Positions 30,249 to 39,521 of a stretch of DNA of 64,000 nucleotides are shown piece by piece. The DNA is from Vicinamibacteria bacterium (lineage in GTDB: Bacteria; Acidobacteriota; Vicinamibacteria; Marinacidobacterales; Marinacidobacteraceae): assembly GCA_963668695.2 (NCBI GenBank), contig CAXXLQ010000004.1:1536001-1600000 (forward strand), in the 5' to 3' direction. The notes under the pieces were generated by a model, which was given only the letters and a program-made list of their open reading frames with translations, was not told where the DNA came from and made no database searches. The position numbers and the translations under genes were made by a program. Within the stretch, counting starts at the first letter, position 1. Each line of letters starts with the position of its first letter.

Positions 30249-32186
30249 GTGAAGATTTCAGACATTCTCTCAAGCATTGACGTTGGCACGTTGACTCTGC
30301 CGCAGTTCCAGCGCGGGTTCGTGTGGAACCGGGATCAGGTCCGCGCTCTCTTTTCATCGCTTTACCGCCGCCATCCGGTGGGTGGCATGCTCGTGTGGGT
30401 CACCGGACCGGAGACGGCAGCCCATCGCGGGGGTCAGGAGCTTCCGCCCGGAGCCGTCAAGCTGCTCCTTGATGGGCAGCAGCGCCTTACGACGCTCTAC
30501 GGCGTTCTGCGGGGCAAGCCGCCGCCGTTTTTTGATGGGGATGAACGGACGTTCACCGGACTCATGTTCCATCTTGGAGATGAGGTCTTTCAGTTCCGCC
30601 AGCCGGTCAAGATGCGCGATGACCCCCGTTGGGTCGACGTGACAGCGCTTATGACCGCTGGGGTCGAAGGCCTCTACCCACTTCTCCAACGTGCGGTTCC
30701 CGACGTGTCCCAGTGGGGGGACGCGCACCCGAAGCTCACCCGTCTTCTGGGCATCACCGAGATCGAGTTGCCGCAACAGGACCTCGTTGGAGAGGTCATG
30801 ACGCTGGAGATTGTGGTGGACATCTTCAATCGAGTGAACACCGGCGGCACGAAGCTGTCCAAGGGTGACCTCGCGCTCTCCCGCATCTGCGCCGACTGGC
30901 CGGATGCCCGCGACGTGATGAAGCAGCATCTGGCCGAATGGGGGAAGCACGGCTACGACTTCAGCTTGGACTGGTTGCTCCGGTGCGTGAACACGGTCCT
31001 TACTGGCGAGGCTGAGTTCCGCTTTCTGCACGACGTGGAATCCGACGACATCCGAGGAGGGTTGACGCGAGCGTCGAAGCAGATCGAGAAGGCCCTGAAC
31101 CTGATCGCCGCCAAGACGGGACTGGATCACGCGCGGGTCCTGTTCGGCGGTTTCGCTTTCCCGGTGATCGCGCGCTACCTCGACAGCAACGGCGGTGCGC
31201 TCTCGCCCCGCGATGAGGGCAAACTGCTCTTCTGGTACCTGCAGGCGGGAATGTGGGGACGCTTTTCCGGCTCGACCGAGACGAGGATCAACGAAGACAT
31301 CCACGCCGTCGAAAACGGCGGGCTCGACGGTCTCCTCGAGAAGCTGCGGGTATGGCGGGGAGGGTTTGAGGTCGAGCCTGAGCACTTCGACGCTTCTACG
31401 ATTGGGGCCCGGTTCTATCCGGTGCTCTACTTCCTGACGCGGATGGGTGAGGCGCGAGACCTCTGCAGCGGGCTGCCGCTCAAGAAGGGAATGCTCGGCA
31501 AGATGGCGAGCCTCGAAGTCCACCACATCTTTCCGAAGAAGGTGCTCCGGGAGGCGGACTACGATCGACGGCAGATCAACGCCCTCGCGAACTTCTGCTT
31601 CCTTACGAAGGACTGCAATCTCCACTTGGCGGCACAAGCGCCCGAGGACTACTTCCCCCGCATCGCCGCCGAACAACCCGGCGCTCTCGAATCGCAGTGG
31701 ATCCCGATGGACCGTCGGCTCTGGACGGTGGACCGCTTCCCGGAGTTCCTCGCGGCACGGCGGAAGCTGCTGGCCGAGGCGGCGAACGTTCATCTCGCGA
31801 GCTTTGTGGAGGGAGATGACCGCTGGGGAGCGGCGCAGATCGCGCGAGCCCCTGCGCCAGTACCCCCACCGCCGGGCGGGATCACGTCCGAAGATGAGCG
31901 GGAAGCACTCGACGAATTGCGAGCGTGGATGCGACTCCAGAAGCTCCCCGAGGGCGAGCTTTCTTGGGATCTCGCCGACGAGACAACCGGAGAACAGCTC
32001 GCGGTTGTGGATCTCGCGTGGCCTCGCGGGATTCAGGAAGGACTTAGCGGCAAGGTGGCTGTGCTCATCGACGAAGACGCCGCCACGCATCGAGCCGTGG
32101 CCGACGCCGGGTTCCGCTGTTTCGACACGGTGGAGCGGTTCCGGGAGCACGTAAGCCGAGAAGTCCTCGGAGACCGCACCGACTAG
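30249..32186 (+). CDS. GmrSD-like (DUF262 + HNH/DUF1524-like) modification-dependent restriction protein with an extra C-terminal domain
   Basis: LPQFQRGFVW, LLDGQQRLTT, IFNRVNTGG..L, EVHHIFP...NALANFCFL...N. Confidence 0.88.
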   Translation: MKISDILSSIDVGTLTLPQFQRGFVWNRDQVRALFSSLYRRHPVGGMLVWVTGPETAAHRGGQELPPGAVKLLLDGQQRLTTLYGVLRGKPPPFFDGDERTFTGLMFHLGDEVFQFRQPVKMRDDPRWVDVTALMTAGVEGLYPLLQRAVPDVSQWGDAHPKLTRLLGITEIELPQQDLVGEVMTLEIVVDIFNRVNTGGTKLSKGDLALSRICADWPDARDVMKQHLAEWGKHGYDFSLDWLLRCVNTVLTGEAEFRFLHDVESDDIRGGLTRASKQIEKALNLIAAKTGLDHARVLFGGFAFPVIARYLDSNGGALSPRDEGKLLFWYLQAGMWGRFSGSTETRINEDIHAVENGGLDGLLEKLRVWRGGFEVEPEHFDASTIGARFYPVLYFLTRMGEARDLCSGLPLKKGMLGKMASLEVHHIFPKKVLREADYDRRQINALANFCFLTKDCNLHLAAQAPEDYFPRIAAEQPGALESQWIPMDRRLWTVDRFPEFLAARRKLLAEAANVHLASFVEGDDRWGAAQIARAPAPVPPPPGGITSEDEREALDELRAWMRLQKLPEGELSWDLADETTGEQLAVVDLAWPRGIQEGLSGKVAVLIDEDAATHRAVADAGFRCFDTVERFREHVSREVLGDRTD

Positions 32187-32307
32187 GGCGCTTGGCCGAT
32201 ATGCCGAAGTTGTCGCCCGCGTCGGGACTAGCTATCTGCACGACCCTCGCAGGTCGCCCTGAAGGTCACGCTGTTGAGGCTCTACCGCTGGATGAGGCAC
32301 CAGTGCA

Positions 32308-33221
32308 ATGAGCAGACGGATCGCTCCAGCGGCGATCCAGGCGCTAAAGGAGGCCTTGACACTAATCTATTGGTACAAGGGCGACCTCAGAAGTTTCGTA
32401 TCTCAGTGCCTATCTGCACCGGACGTGTTGGCGCGGCTAGATTGGCAGGGATACAAGCGAGACGTCGTGGGGACTCTAGTCGACTACCTCGCCACCAACG
32501 AAGAGCTGTATCAAAAAGAACTCATTGGACTGATGTCGGCCGTGTGCCAGGTTGAGGACTTTTCTCATCTCCGCAGACTCGAGGACGGAAATGACAAGGC
32601 CAAAAAAGCAAGAGCTGCAGTAAATGCTCTGCGAGTGCATATGACGGGGCATCAAGATCTGCAGAGTGATAAAAAAGAAGTTGAGACTAGAAGAAGGGAG
32701 GCACGCAGTAGAGCGGTTCAGGCTAGTGCTGTTCGCCAGAAGCTAGAGGAGATCAAAGTAACCTATTCTGACTTGGCGGTATCGACTAACCCCCAGCGTC
32801 GGGGGTTCTTGTTGGAGAAGGTTCTGACGCGCCTGTTCGATGTAGTCGACCTCGACCCTAAGGCTTCCTTCAGAATAGATGGCGAACAGATTGACGGAGC
32901 ATTCAGTTTCGAAGGTACTGACTACTTGTTGGAAGCCAAGTGGCAGAAGGACCCGGTTAGCGCTACGGCACTAGACAGTCTGGCCGGGAAAATACGACGA
33001 AGCTCGACAATACTCTGGGTCTCTTCTTGTCCATCAACGGTTACTCCGACGACGCGATAGGAGCAGTCGCATCGGGGAGGCGCACTGTGATTCTGATGGA
33101 TGGTGCTGATCTCATGGCCGTACTTGAAGGCCGAATAGATCTAGTTCAACTGTTGCTGCGCAAGCGTCGTCACGCGGCTCAAACGGGCGGGATCTACCTT
33201 CGCGTGGAGGCGATCCTGTAA
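32308..33221 (+). pseudogene. Mrr-like PD-(D/E)xK restriction endonuclease with a 1-nt frameshift near 33000
   Basis: RGFLLEK, EQIDGAF...YLLEAKW; continues in another frame as (K)LDNTLGLFLSINGY...ILMDGADL; lower GC than flanks. Confidence 0.8.
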
Positions 33222-33245
33222 GGGAGTGACCGCAGCCGATCGGAG

Positions 33246-36200
33246 TCAGGGGGACGCGGTGGAGGTGACTTGCAGGATCGCGGCGATGCGGCGGGCGGTG
33301 TCGGTGAAGTGTTGGACTTCTTCGGGGTGGAGAGGGCGTTTCAGCACAGAACGCTCGCGATAGGAGAGCCATTTCTTCAGGACCTGGTAGCCGCCGAGGC
33401 GGTAGTTCCAGACGGCGGCCGGGACGTTTCGCCAGAAGGCGCGCTCGTTCAGCCAGATGTCGAAGGTGGAGTCGCCGAGCGTTGGGATGGCGTGGGCGAG
33501 CGCGCTGTGTTCGTCAGGGGCGAATGCGCGCTGACGGGCTCGGCCCGTTCCGGGCATCACGACGTCCCCCACTCCGAAGTGTCCCCAGCCGGCGGTGACG
33601 CCGAAGTCGCTCCCGGCCATGTTGTTCCCATCCGCTGTGGCAGGGACGGCTAGCACGGCGAGTTCCGGGCGAAGCGTGCCGTCCGACACTCCGGCGGCAG
33701 GAGTGTCCGGATCCAATAGCCGAGCCAGTTCCCTTCCTAGCGCCGCCGACTGAAGCAGGTCCTGCCGCGCGTCTTTCTCTTGGCCGTCGGGCCACCCCGG
33801 CACCGGAATCCGCGGCCACCCTACGGTGAGTGCTCCAGCGTTGGCCTGCCGGTATGCCGGGTCATGAAGCTTGGACAGCACGTGGTGAAACAGATCCTCG
33901 ACGGTTGCGTCGAGCCTTTCCAGATATTGCTCGGCAGCGGCGGACAGATTCGGGCGACACGGCAGACCAGCGCCACCCATTCGCAACGAGCCGCCCCGGA
34001 GCCACGCCGGGAAGAACTGAATCCCCCAATATCCGTACTTGAGATTGCCGAGATGAGAGGTGTACGTCCCTTGTGAGAAATCGGACTGGACTTCCCGCTC
34101 ATTGGCGCAGAGCCACTTGTTCCCTTCGAAGACGTGTGGCCGGTATTCGGCGCGCTTCCGGTCCAGCAGGGTGGTTTCCGCTTCCCAGTAAAGCCACCGT
34201 ACGTCGAACGGGCGATAGGCGAAGCGGACGAAGCCAGATTCGGTCGGCCCGCCGCGAGCCACGAGCACTTCGCGGACGGCGCGCGCCGGGAATCCCCCTG
34301 TCGTCTCCATCGCGTTGGGATAGCGCCGCGTGATTTCTTCATGGGTCAGGTCTTTGTCGAAGTAGTCTGCGATGCGCGCCTTGAGACGGTCGAGGTCTAC
34401 ATCAATGAGAAAGCCGTCGCGGCTTGTCTTGACCCCGGGAAAGGAGGCCGGAAAGAGTTCGGGAAGCGAGGGCCACAAGAACCAATCCTCACTGACCGCT
34501 ACCGGCTTGAAGGGGAGACCGAGTCGCACGTTCGGACGGAGCGCTGCGTAGCCGGCGTCCGGTGTCGCGGTGTCGAGGCTATCGAGCAGCGCGCGTCGGC
34601 GGTTGTCAGCCTTCGCTTCGATGAAGTCTCTATAGAGCACGCGAGCGCCGTCTCCACCGCTGGAGCGTGGACCAGAGCGGCACAGGAGAGTGATGCTCGT
34701 ACCGATCTTGATTCCGGGTGACTGTCCGGGCAGTGCGAAGATGGTTTCACTAGTTTGGCCGTCGGGGGCATATTCCGAAATGATCCGGTCGCCGTGCAGG
34801 TTGTCGATCCGGACAGAGTCGAACGCGTCGACGTAGCGCTCGCGCATTCCCGTGAAGGACAGTCCGTCTAGCCATGAGTAGTTGGAGATGAAGCAGACGA
34901 CACCGCGTCCGGTCTTCTCGACGATGCGGCGCTCCGCCATTCGAAAGAAACGGACGTAGAGATCGTTCAGCCCCCGACCCTTCGGCCGGCGCACGCGCTT
35001 TGTGGTCCGGTAGGCATCCGTGAGTTCGCGCTCCTCGTCCACCGCCATTCCGGCGAACCCGTTGTACGGGGGGTTGCCCAGGATCACGAGGATCGGCGTC
35101 TCCTGCTTCACCCTCTCCGCCCGGTCGCGCTCCTCCTCCAGTTCTGGAAAGAGAAGGTGCTTCCGCTCCTTCTGTTCCCATCCCGTGAGCGCATTTGTCA
35201 GGAAGACCTGCGCTCGCTCGGCCCCATCGTCGGACAGCGGCGCGTCAAGGCCCTGCATCGTCAGGCCGACCTGCAGATGGGCCACCACGAAGGGCGCCGG
35301 CATGATCTCGAAGCCGAAGACCCGCTTGGTCGCGGCCTCCTTCACCCGGGCGCCGACGAGAGCTCCCAGGCCCTTGACTTCGAGATTGGCAGCAATCCGG
35401 CGGAGGACCTCCGCCAGGTAGGCTCCGGTGCCGCAACACGGGTCGAGCACATAGACGTTCTCGGCGGCCAGCCCGTCCGCGATCCCGAGATCGTCCTTCA
35501 GCGCCCGGTCCACCCGGGCGACCATGTAGCGGACGATCTCGTTCGGCGTGTACCAGACGCCGAGCTGCTTCCGGAGTTCCGGGTCGAAGGCGGCGAGGAA
35601 CGGCTCGTAGAAGTACGGGACCGCCTCACCCTCCCGGAAGCGCGCGAAGAACGCCTTCCGGTCCACCCGATCGAGTGTCGCGGCGGTCCAGTCCAGCACC
35701 TCAACGAGGCCGAGGGGTTGGAGGCGGCCCGGATCGGAAATCTGCTGGAAGAGGGCTCGGAGCACGGGAGCGCGGAGATGCCAGACCGCGGTCTTCCAAT
35801 CGAAGCGGTCCTGCTTCGATGGGTGGGAGCGGGCCCAGAGCACCCACGCCGAGAACACCCCGTAGAACAGCGTTTGCACGAGCGTGGAGTGGAAGAAGCG
35901 TTTCCCGCGATCCCCCTCGAACCGGATCCCGAGCGCCTCTTCGAGCGCCGTGCGGAGCGACTCGAAGGCCGCGGCTTCGTCGGCCGCCTCGACCCGCGCG
36001 AGCCCGTCGCGCGCGTAGGAGGCGAGGAGCCAGGCGAGATCCTTCGGCTCGGTGAGCGCGGCGCTGTAGGACAGCACACGGGCGAGGTACTCGACGAGGC
36101 GACCGCCCACTTCCTGTGCGAAAGCGCGGGGTTTCTCCAGCTTCCGATGGAACTCCGCCGCAGTCTCTGCGAGGCGGAACGCCTCAAGGGTCGTCTGCCC

Positions 36201-36614
36201 TCGTGTCGCATCGGGGCCGACCAACCGAAACTCGCGCAGGTTGGTGACCAGCACCAGGCGGTAGCGAGCCCAGTAGCGGGCCACCTGCTCCCCGGCCGCG
36301 ACCTCCGCCACGTCATCTGCGTCGGGCTTGACTTCCACCACGCCGCGTTCCGGTATCTGTCCCGGACGGGGCCGCCTCCGTTGCAGTTGCTTGGCCGAAT
36401 AGAGCCCGACGTCCGGATGCCCCGCGCCCTGATCGGCGAGTTCGGAGACGCAGAAGACCTTGGGTTTCAAGCCGCTGCCGACGGTGTTCAGCAGGTTCAC
36501 GAGCGGGGGGTAGGTGGACCGCTCGACAGTCGCGCCGCCCGAAGCGCGCTGGCGGGCGAGATCACTCAGGTAGTGCTCGACCGCGGTGGTGAGTCGGGGG
36601 TTTGCTCGGGTCAT
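33246..36614 (-). CDS. Type ISP-like/IIG single-polypeptide restriction-modification enzyme (N6-adenine MTase; no helicase domain seen)
   Basis: N-terminal HPD...VEVK nuclease-like motif; GVWYTP, LDPCCGTG, GNPPY, YRPFD, GGYQVLKKWLSYR. Confidence 0.9.
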   Translation of the reverse strand: MTRANPRLTTAVEHYLSDLARQRASGGATVERSTYPPLVNLLNTVGSGLKPKVFCVSELADQGAGHPDVGLYSAKQLQRRRPRPGQIPERGVVEVKPDADDVAEVAAGEQVARYWARYRLVLVTNLREFRLVGPDATRGQTTLEAFRLAETAAEFHRKLEKPRAFAQEVGGRLVEYLARVLSYSAALTEPKDLAWLLASYARDGLARVEAADEAAAFESLRTALEEALGIRFEGDRGKRFFHSTLVQTLFYGVFSAWVLWARSHPSKQDRFDWKTAVWHLRAPVLRALFQQISDPGRLQPLGLVEVLDWTAATLDRVDRKAFFARFREGEAVPYFYEPFLAAFDPELRKQLGVWYTPNEIVRYMVARVDRALKDDLGIADGLAAENVYVLDPCCGTGAYLAEVLRRIAANLEVKGLGALVGARVKEAATKRVFGFEIMPAPFVVAHLQVGLTMQGLDAPLSDDGAERAQVFLTNALTGWEQKERKHLLFPELEEERDRAERVKQETPILVILGNPPYNGFAGMAVDEERELTDAYRTTKRVRRPKGRGLNDLYVRFFRMAERRIVEKTGRGVVCFISNYSWLDGLSFTGMRERYVDAFDSVRIDNLHGDRIISEYAPDGQTSETIFALPGQSPGIKIGTSITLLCRSGPRSSGGDGARVLYRDFIEAKADNRRRALLDSLDTATPDAGYAALRPNVRLGLPFKPVAVSEDWFLWPSLPELFPASFPGVKTSRDGFLIDVDLDRLKARIADYFDKDLTHEEITRRYPNAMETTGGFPARAVREVLVARGGPTESGFVRFAYRPFDVRWLYWEAETTLLDRKRAEYRPHVFEGNKWLCANEREVQSDFSQGTYTSHLGNLKYGYWGIQFFPAWLRGGSLRMGGAGLPCRPNLSAAAEQYLERLDATVEDLFHHVLSKLHDPAYRQANAGALTVGWPRIPVPGWPDGQEKDARQDLLQSAALGRELARLLDPDTPAAGVSDGTLRPELAVLAVPATADGNNMAGSDFGVTAGWGHFGVGDVVMPGTGRARQRAFAPDEHSALAHAIPTLGDSTFDIWLNERAFWRNVPAAVWNYRLGGYQVLKKWLSYRERSVLKRPLHPEEVQHFTDTARRIAAILQVTSTASP

Positions 36615-36911
36615 CCGGAAATGTGCTCGGCGGACGGAACTCGCCGTACGGAGGCCGGTGCATTCTCCGGCATAGCCGCGGGTTTCTCCTACCTCGGATC
36701 ATCCGGGGCGTTGCGGCAGTCGGCGCCGGGGCCGTAGGCATCGCGCGTGTTGCCCGCCGCCGGCGGGCCATGCTGATCAGGAGGTCGGCTTCCCTCGCCA
36801 GCGCGCCATCAGGCTCGCAGCGCTCCGTGCCTCACGCGGAACCGCTGCCCAGCGTTCCCGAGAACTCCTGCCGCGGGGCCGCGACGGGGTGCGCGTTCGA
36901 GAAGCGCGGGC

Positions 36912-37733
36912 TTACGGGAGTAGCTTGATGAGGGCCACTACCAGAGCCACTTGGGCCATCACCGCCCCGAACATCCACTTGATCAGGTCGGCACGCAATT
37001 CGGCGACGCGTTTCTCCACATCGGCCCGGATCATCGCCCGGGTGTGCTCCAGATCCTTCCGGATCATCGCCTGGGTGTTCTCCGAATCCTTCCGGATCAT
37101 GGCCACGTCCGCCTTCGTAGCTACGTCTCGCCGGATATTCGCTTCGGCGTCCTCCAGATCCTTCCGGATCATCGCCTGGGTGTTCTCCGAATCCTTCCGG
37201 ATCATGGCCACGTCCGCCTTCGTGGCTACGTCTCGCCGGATATTCGCTTCGGCGTCCTCCAGATCCTTCCGGATCATCGCCTGGGTGTTCTCCGAATCCT
37301 TCCGGATCATCGCCACGTCCGTCTTCGTGGCGACGTCTCGCCGGATGTTCGCCTCGGCGTTCTCCAGATCCTTCCGGATCATCGCCACGTCCGTCTTCGT
37401 GGCGGCGTCCTTCCGGATGTTCGCCTCGGCGTTCTCCAGATCCTTCCGGATCATCGCCACGTCCGTCTTCGTGGCGGCGTCCTTCCGGATGTTCGCCTCG
37501 GCGTTCTCCAGATCCTTCCGGATCATCGCCACGTCCGTCTTCGTGGCGGCGTCCTTCCGGATATTCGCTTCGGCGTTCGCCAGGTCCGTCTTCGTGGCGA
37601 CGTTCCTGATCCATGGACCCATGTGCTCTTCGGCCAGAACCTCGGCCAGCCCTTCCTCCATGCCGGCCTCCGTGAGCCGCTTCACGAACCGGTGGCTGTC
37701 GAACACTGCTTCTGCAACCTGTGCTGGAGTCAT
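36912..37733 (-). CDS. DUF1640/CCDC90-like membrane-anchored coiled-coil protein with an expanded stalk
   Basis: FDSHRFVKRLTEAG...AEVL head, repeated ATKTD necks, C-terminal LIKWMFG + TM; start at ATG 37733. Confidence 0.85.
   Translation of the reverse strand: MTPAQVAEAVFDSHRFVKRLTEAGMEEGLAEVLAEEHMGPWIRNVATKTDLANAEANIRKDAATKTDVAMIRKDLENAEANIRKDAATKTDVAMIRKDLENAEANIRKDAATKTDVAMIRKDLENAEANIRRDVATKTDVAMIRKDSENTQAMIRKDLEDAEANIRRDVATKADVAMIRKDSENTQAMIRKDLEDAEANIRRDVATKADVAMIRKDSENTQAMIRKDLEHTRAMIRADVEKRVAELRADLIKWMFGAVMAQVALVVALIKLLP
37030..37600 (-). repeat. Intragenic tandem repeats: about 3 x 72 bp, then about 3 x 105 bp
   Basis: ANIRKDAATKTDVAMIRKDLENAE x3, then ANIRRDVATK.DVAMIRKDSENTQAMIRKDLE x3. 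Confidence 0.9.
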
Positions 37734-38069
37734 GCTACCAGCCGGCGGCACGCGACCGGAGATCGCTCGACGGTCTCGGCGGCGATGTTCTCCCGGCGAG
37801 GAGAATCTGCGAGGCGGGCGGTGGGGCGGCCCTCCAGAGTGGGTTGGCGGTGAGCGTCGGTGGGGTGTGGTCGGTATCCAGCATCGGGAGTTCCTTCCTG
37901 GAGCGCGGTGACGGAAACGCGACGTCTCCGTCCTACCCACTTAGACGGAATCCCGCCCCGATTCTTCCCGCGTCAAGGCGGCGATGTGGAAAAGTCGAGT
38001 TGGAGATTCCCGCCTGTCACGGCGCTACGCCGCTGCCCAGACACGCCGTTCCAGACGAGTCGGCCGGGT

Positions 38070-39357
38070 GAACATGTCGCAGTAGCCCGATCTGCGGCGC
38101 GAACATGTCGCAGTAGCGGGGTCGGCTGGGCGCGAACATGTCGCAGTAGCGGGGTCGGCTGGGCGCGAACATGTCGCAGTAGCGGGCAGTCGGGGTCGGC
38201 TGGGCGCGAACATGTCGCAGTAGCGGGGTCGGCTGGGCGCGAACATGTCGCAGTAGCGGGGTCGGCTGGGCGCGAACATGTCGCAGTAGCGGGGTCGGCT
38301 GGGCGCGAACATGTCGCAGTAGCGGGATCTGCCGGGTGAACATGTCGCAGTAGCCCGATCTGTGGGGTGAACATGTCGCAGTAGCGGGGTCGGCTGGGCG
38401 CGAACATGTCGCAGTAGCCCGATCTGCCGGGTGGACATGTCGCAGTAGCGGGGTCGGCTGGGCGCGAACATGTCGCAGTAGCCCGATCTGCGGGGTGAAC
38501 ATGTCGCAGTAGCGGGGTCGGCTGGGCGCGAACATGTCGCAGTAGCCCGATCTGCGGGGTGAACATGTCGCAGTAGCGGAGTCGGTTGGACGAGAACATG
38601 TCGCAGTAGCGGGATCTGCGGGGTGAACATGTCGCAGTAGCGGGATCTGCGGGGTGAACATGTCGCAGTAGCGGGGTCGGCTGGGTGCGAACATGTCGCA
38701 GTAGCCCGATCTGCCGGGTGAACATGTCGCAGTAACGGGGTCGGCGGGGCGCGAACATGTCGCAGTAGCGGGATCTGCGGGGTGAACATGTCGCAGTAGC
38801 GGGGTCGGCTGGGCGCGAACATGTCGCAGTAGCCCGACCTGCCGGGTGAACATGTCGCAGTAGCGGAGTCGGTTGGACGGGAACATGTCGCACTAGCCCG
38901 ATCTGCGGGGCGAACATGTCGCAGTAGCCCGATCTGCGGGGTGAACATGTCGCAGTAGCGGGGTCGGCTGGGTGCGGACATGTCGCAGTAGCCCGATCTG
39001 CGGGGTGAACATGTCGCAGTAGCGGGGTCGGCTGGGCGCGAACATGTCGCAGTAGCGGGGTCGGCTGGGCGCGAACATGTCGCAGTAGCGGGATCTGCGG
39101 GGTGAACATGTCGCAGTAGCGGGGTCGGCTGGGCGCGAACATGTCGCAGTAGCCCGATCTGCGGGGTGAACATGTCGCAGTAGCGGGGTCGGCTGGGCGC
39201 GAACATGTCGCAGTAGCGGGATCTGGCGGGGGAACATGTCGCTCTAGCGGGGTCGGCTGGGGTCGAACATGTCGCAATAGCGGGATCTGGCGGGGGAACA
39301 TGTCGCTCTAGCGGGGTCTGCTGGGGTCGAACATGTCGCAGTAGCCCGATCTGCGGG
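38070..39357. repeat. Array of 40 copies of the core GAACATGTCGCAGTAGC with 16-bp (GGGGTCGGCTGGGCGC) or 14-bp (CCGATCTGCGGGGT / GGGATCTGCGGGGT) linkers
   Basis: Cores counted from 38070 to 39329, unit length 33 or 31 bp (one 41-bp unit). Confidence 0.95.
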
Positions 39358-39521
39358 CACCAGCTCGGAACTGGAGGTTCTTGCCGCCGCCCGCCTGCGG
39401 CGGGCTGTGCCGGCCTGGAGGCCGGCGGCCAGTTCTCCCGGTGGGGGCCCCTTGCCGGCGCGCCATGCCGGCTGTCGGCGTTCCGGTGCGACGGCGAGGC
39501 TACGGACTCGTTCGCGGCGCC

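Noticed and set aside
38133-38145. LexA/SOS box in the array core (CGAACATGTCG)
   Set aside because: Does not fit GAAC-N4-GTTC spacing
37973-39301. Long minus-strand ORFs through the array (ATATCS/RYCDMF/LLRHV repeats)
   Set aside because: All three frames cycle through the same peptides because of the 31/33-bp units; stop-free by repeat composition
38070-39357. CRISPR array or TIGR array
   Set aside because: Linkers are 14-16 bp and recurrent rather than unique; no cas or Nop-domain gene is in the window
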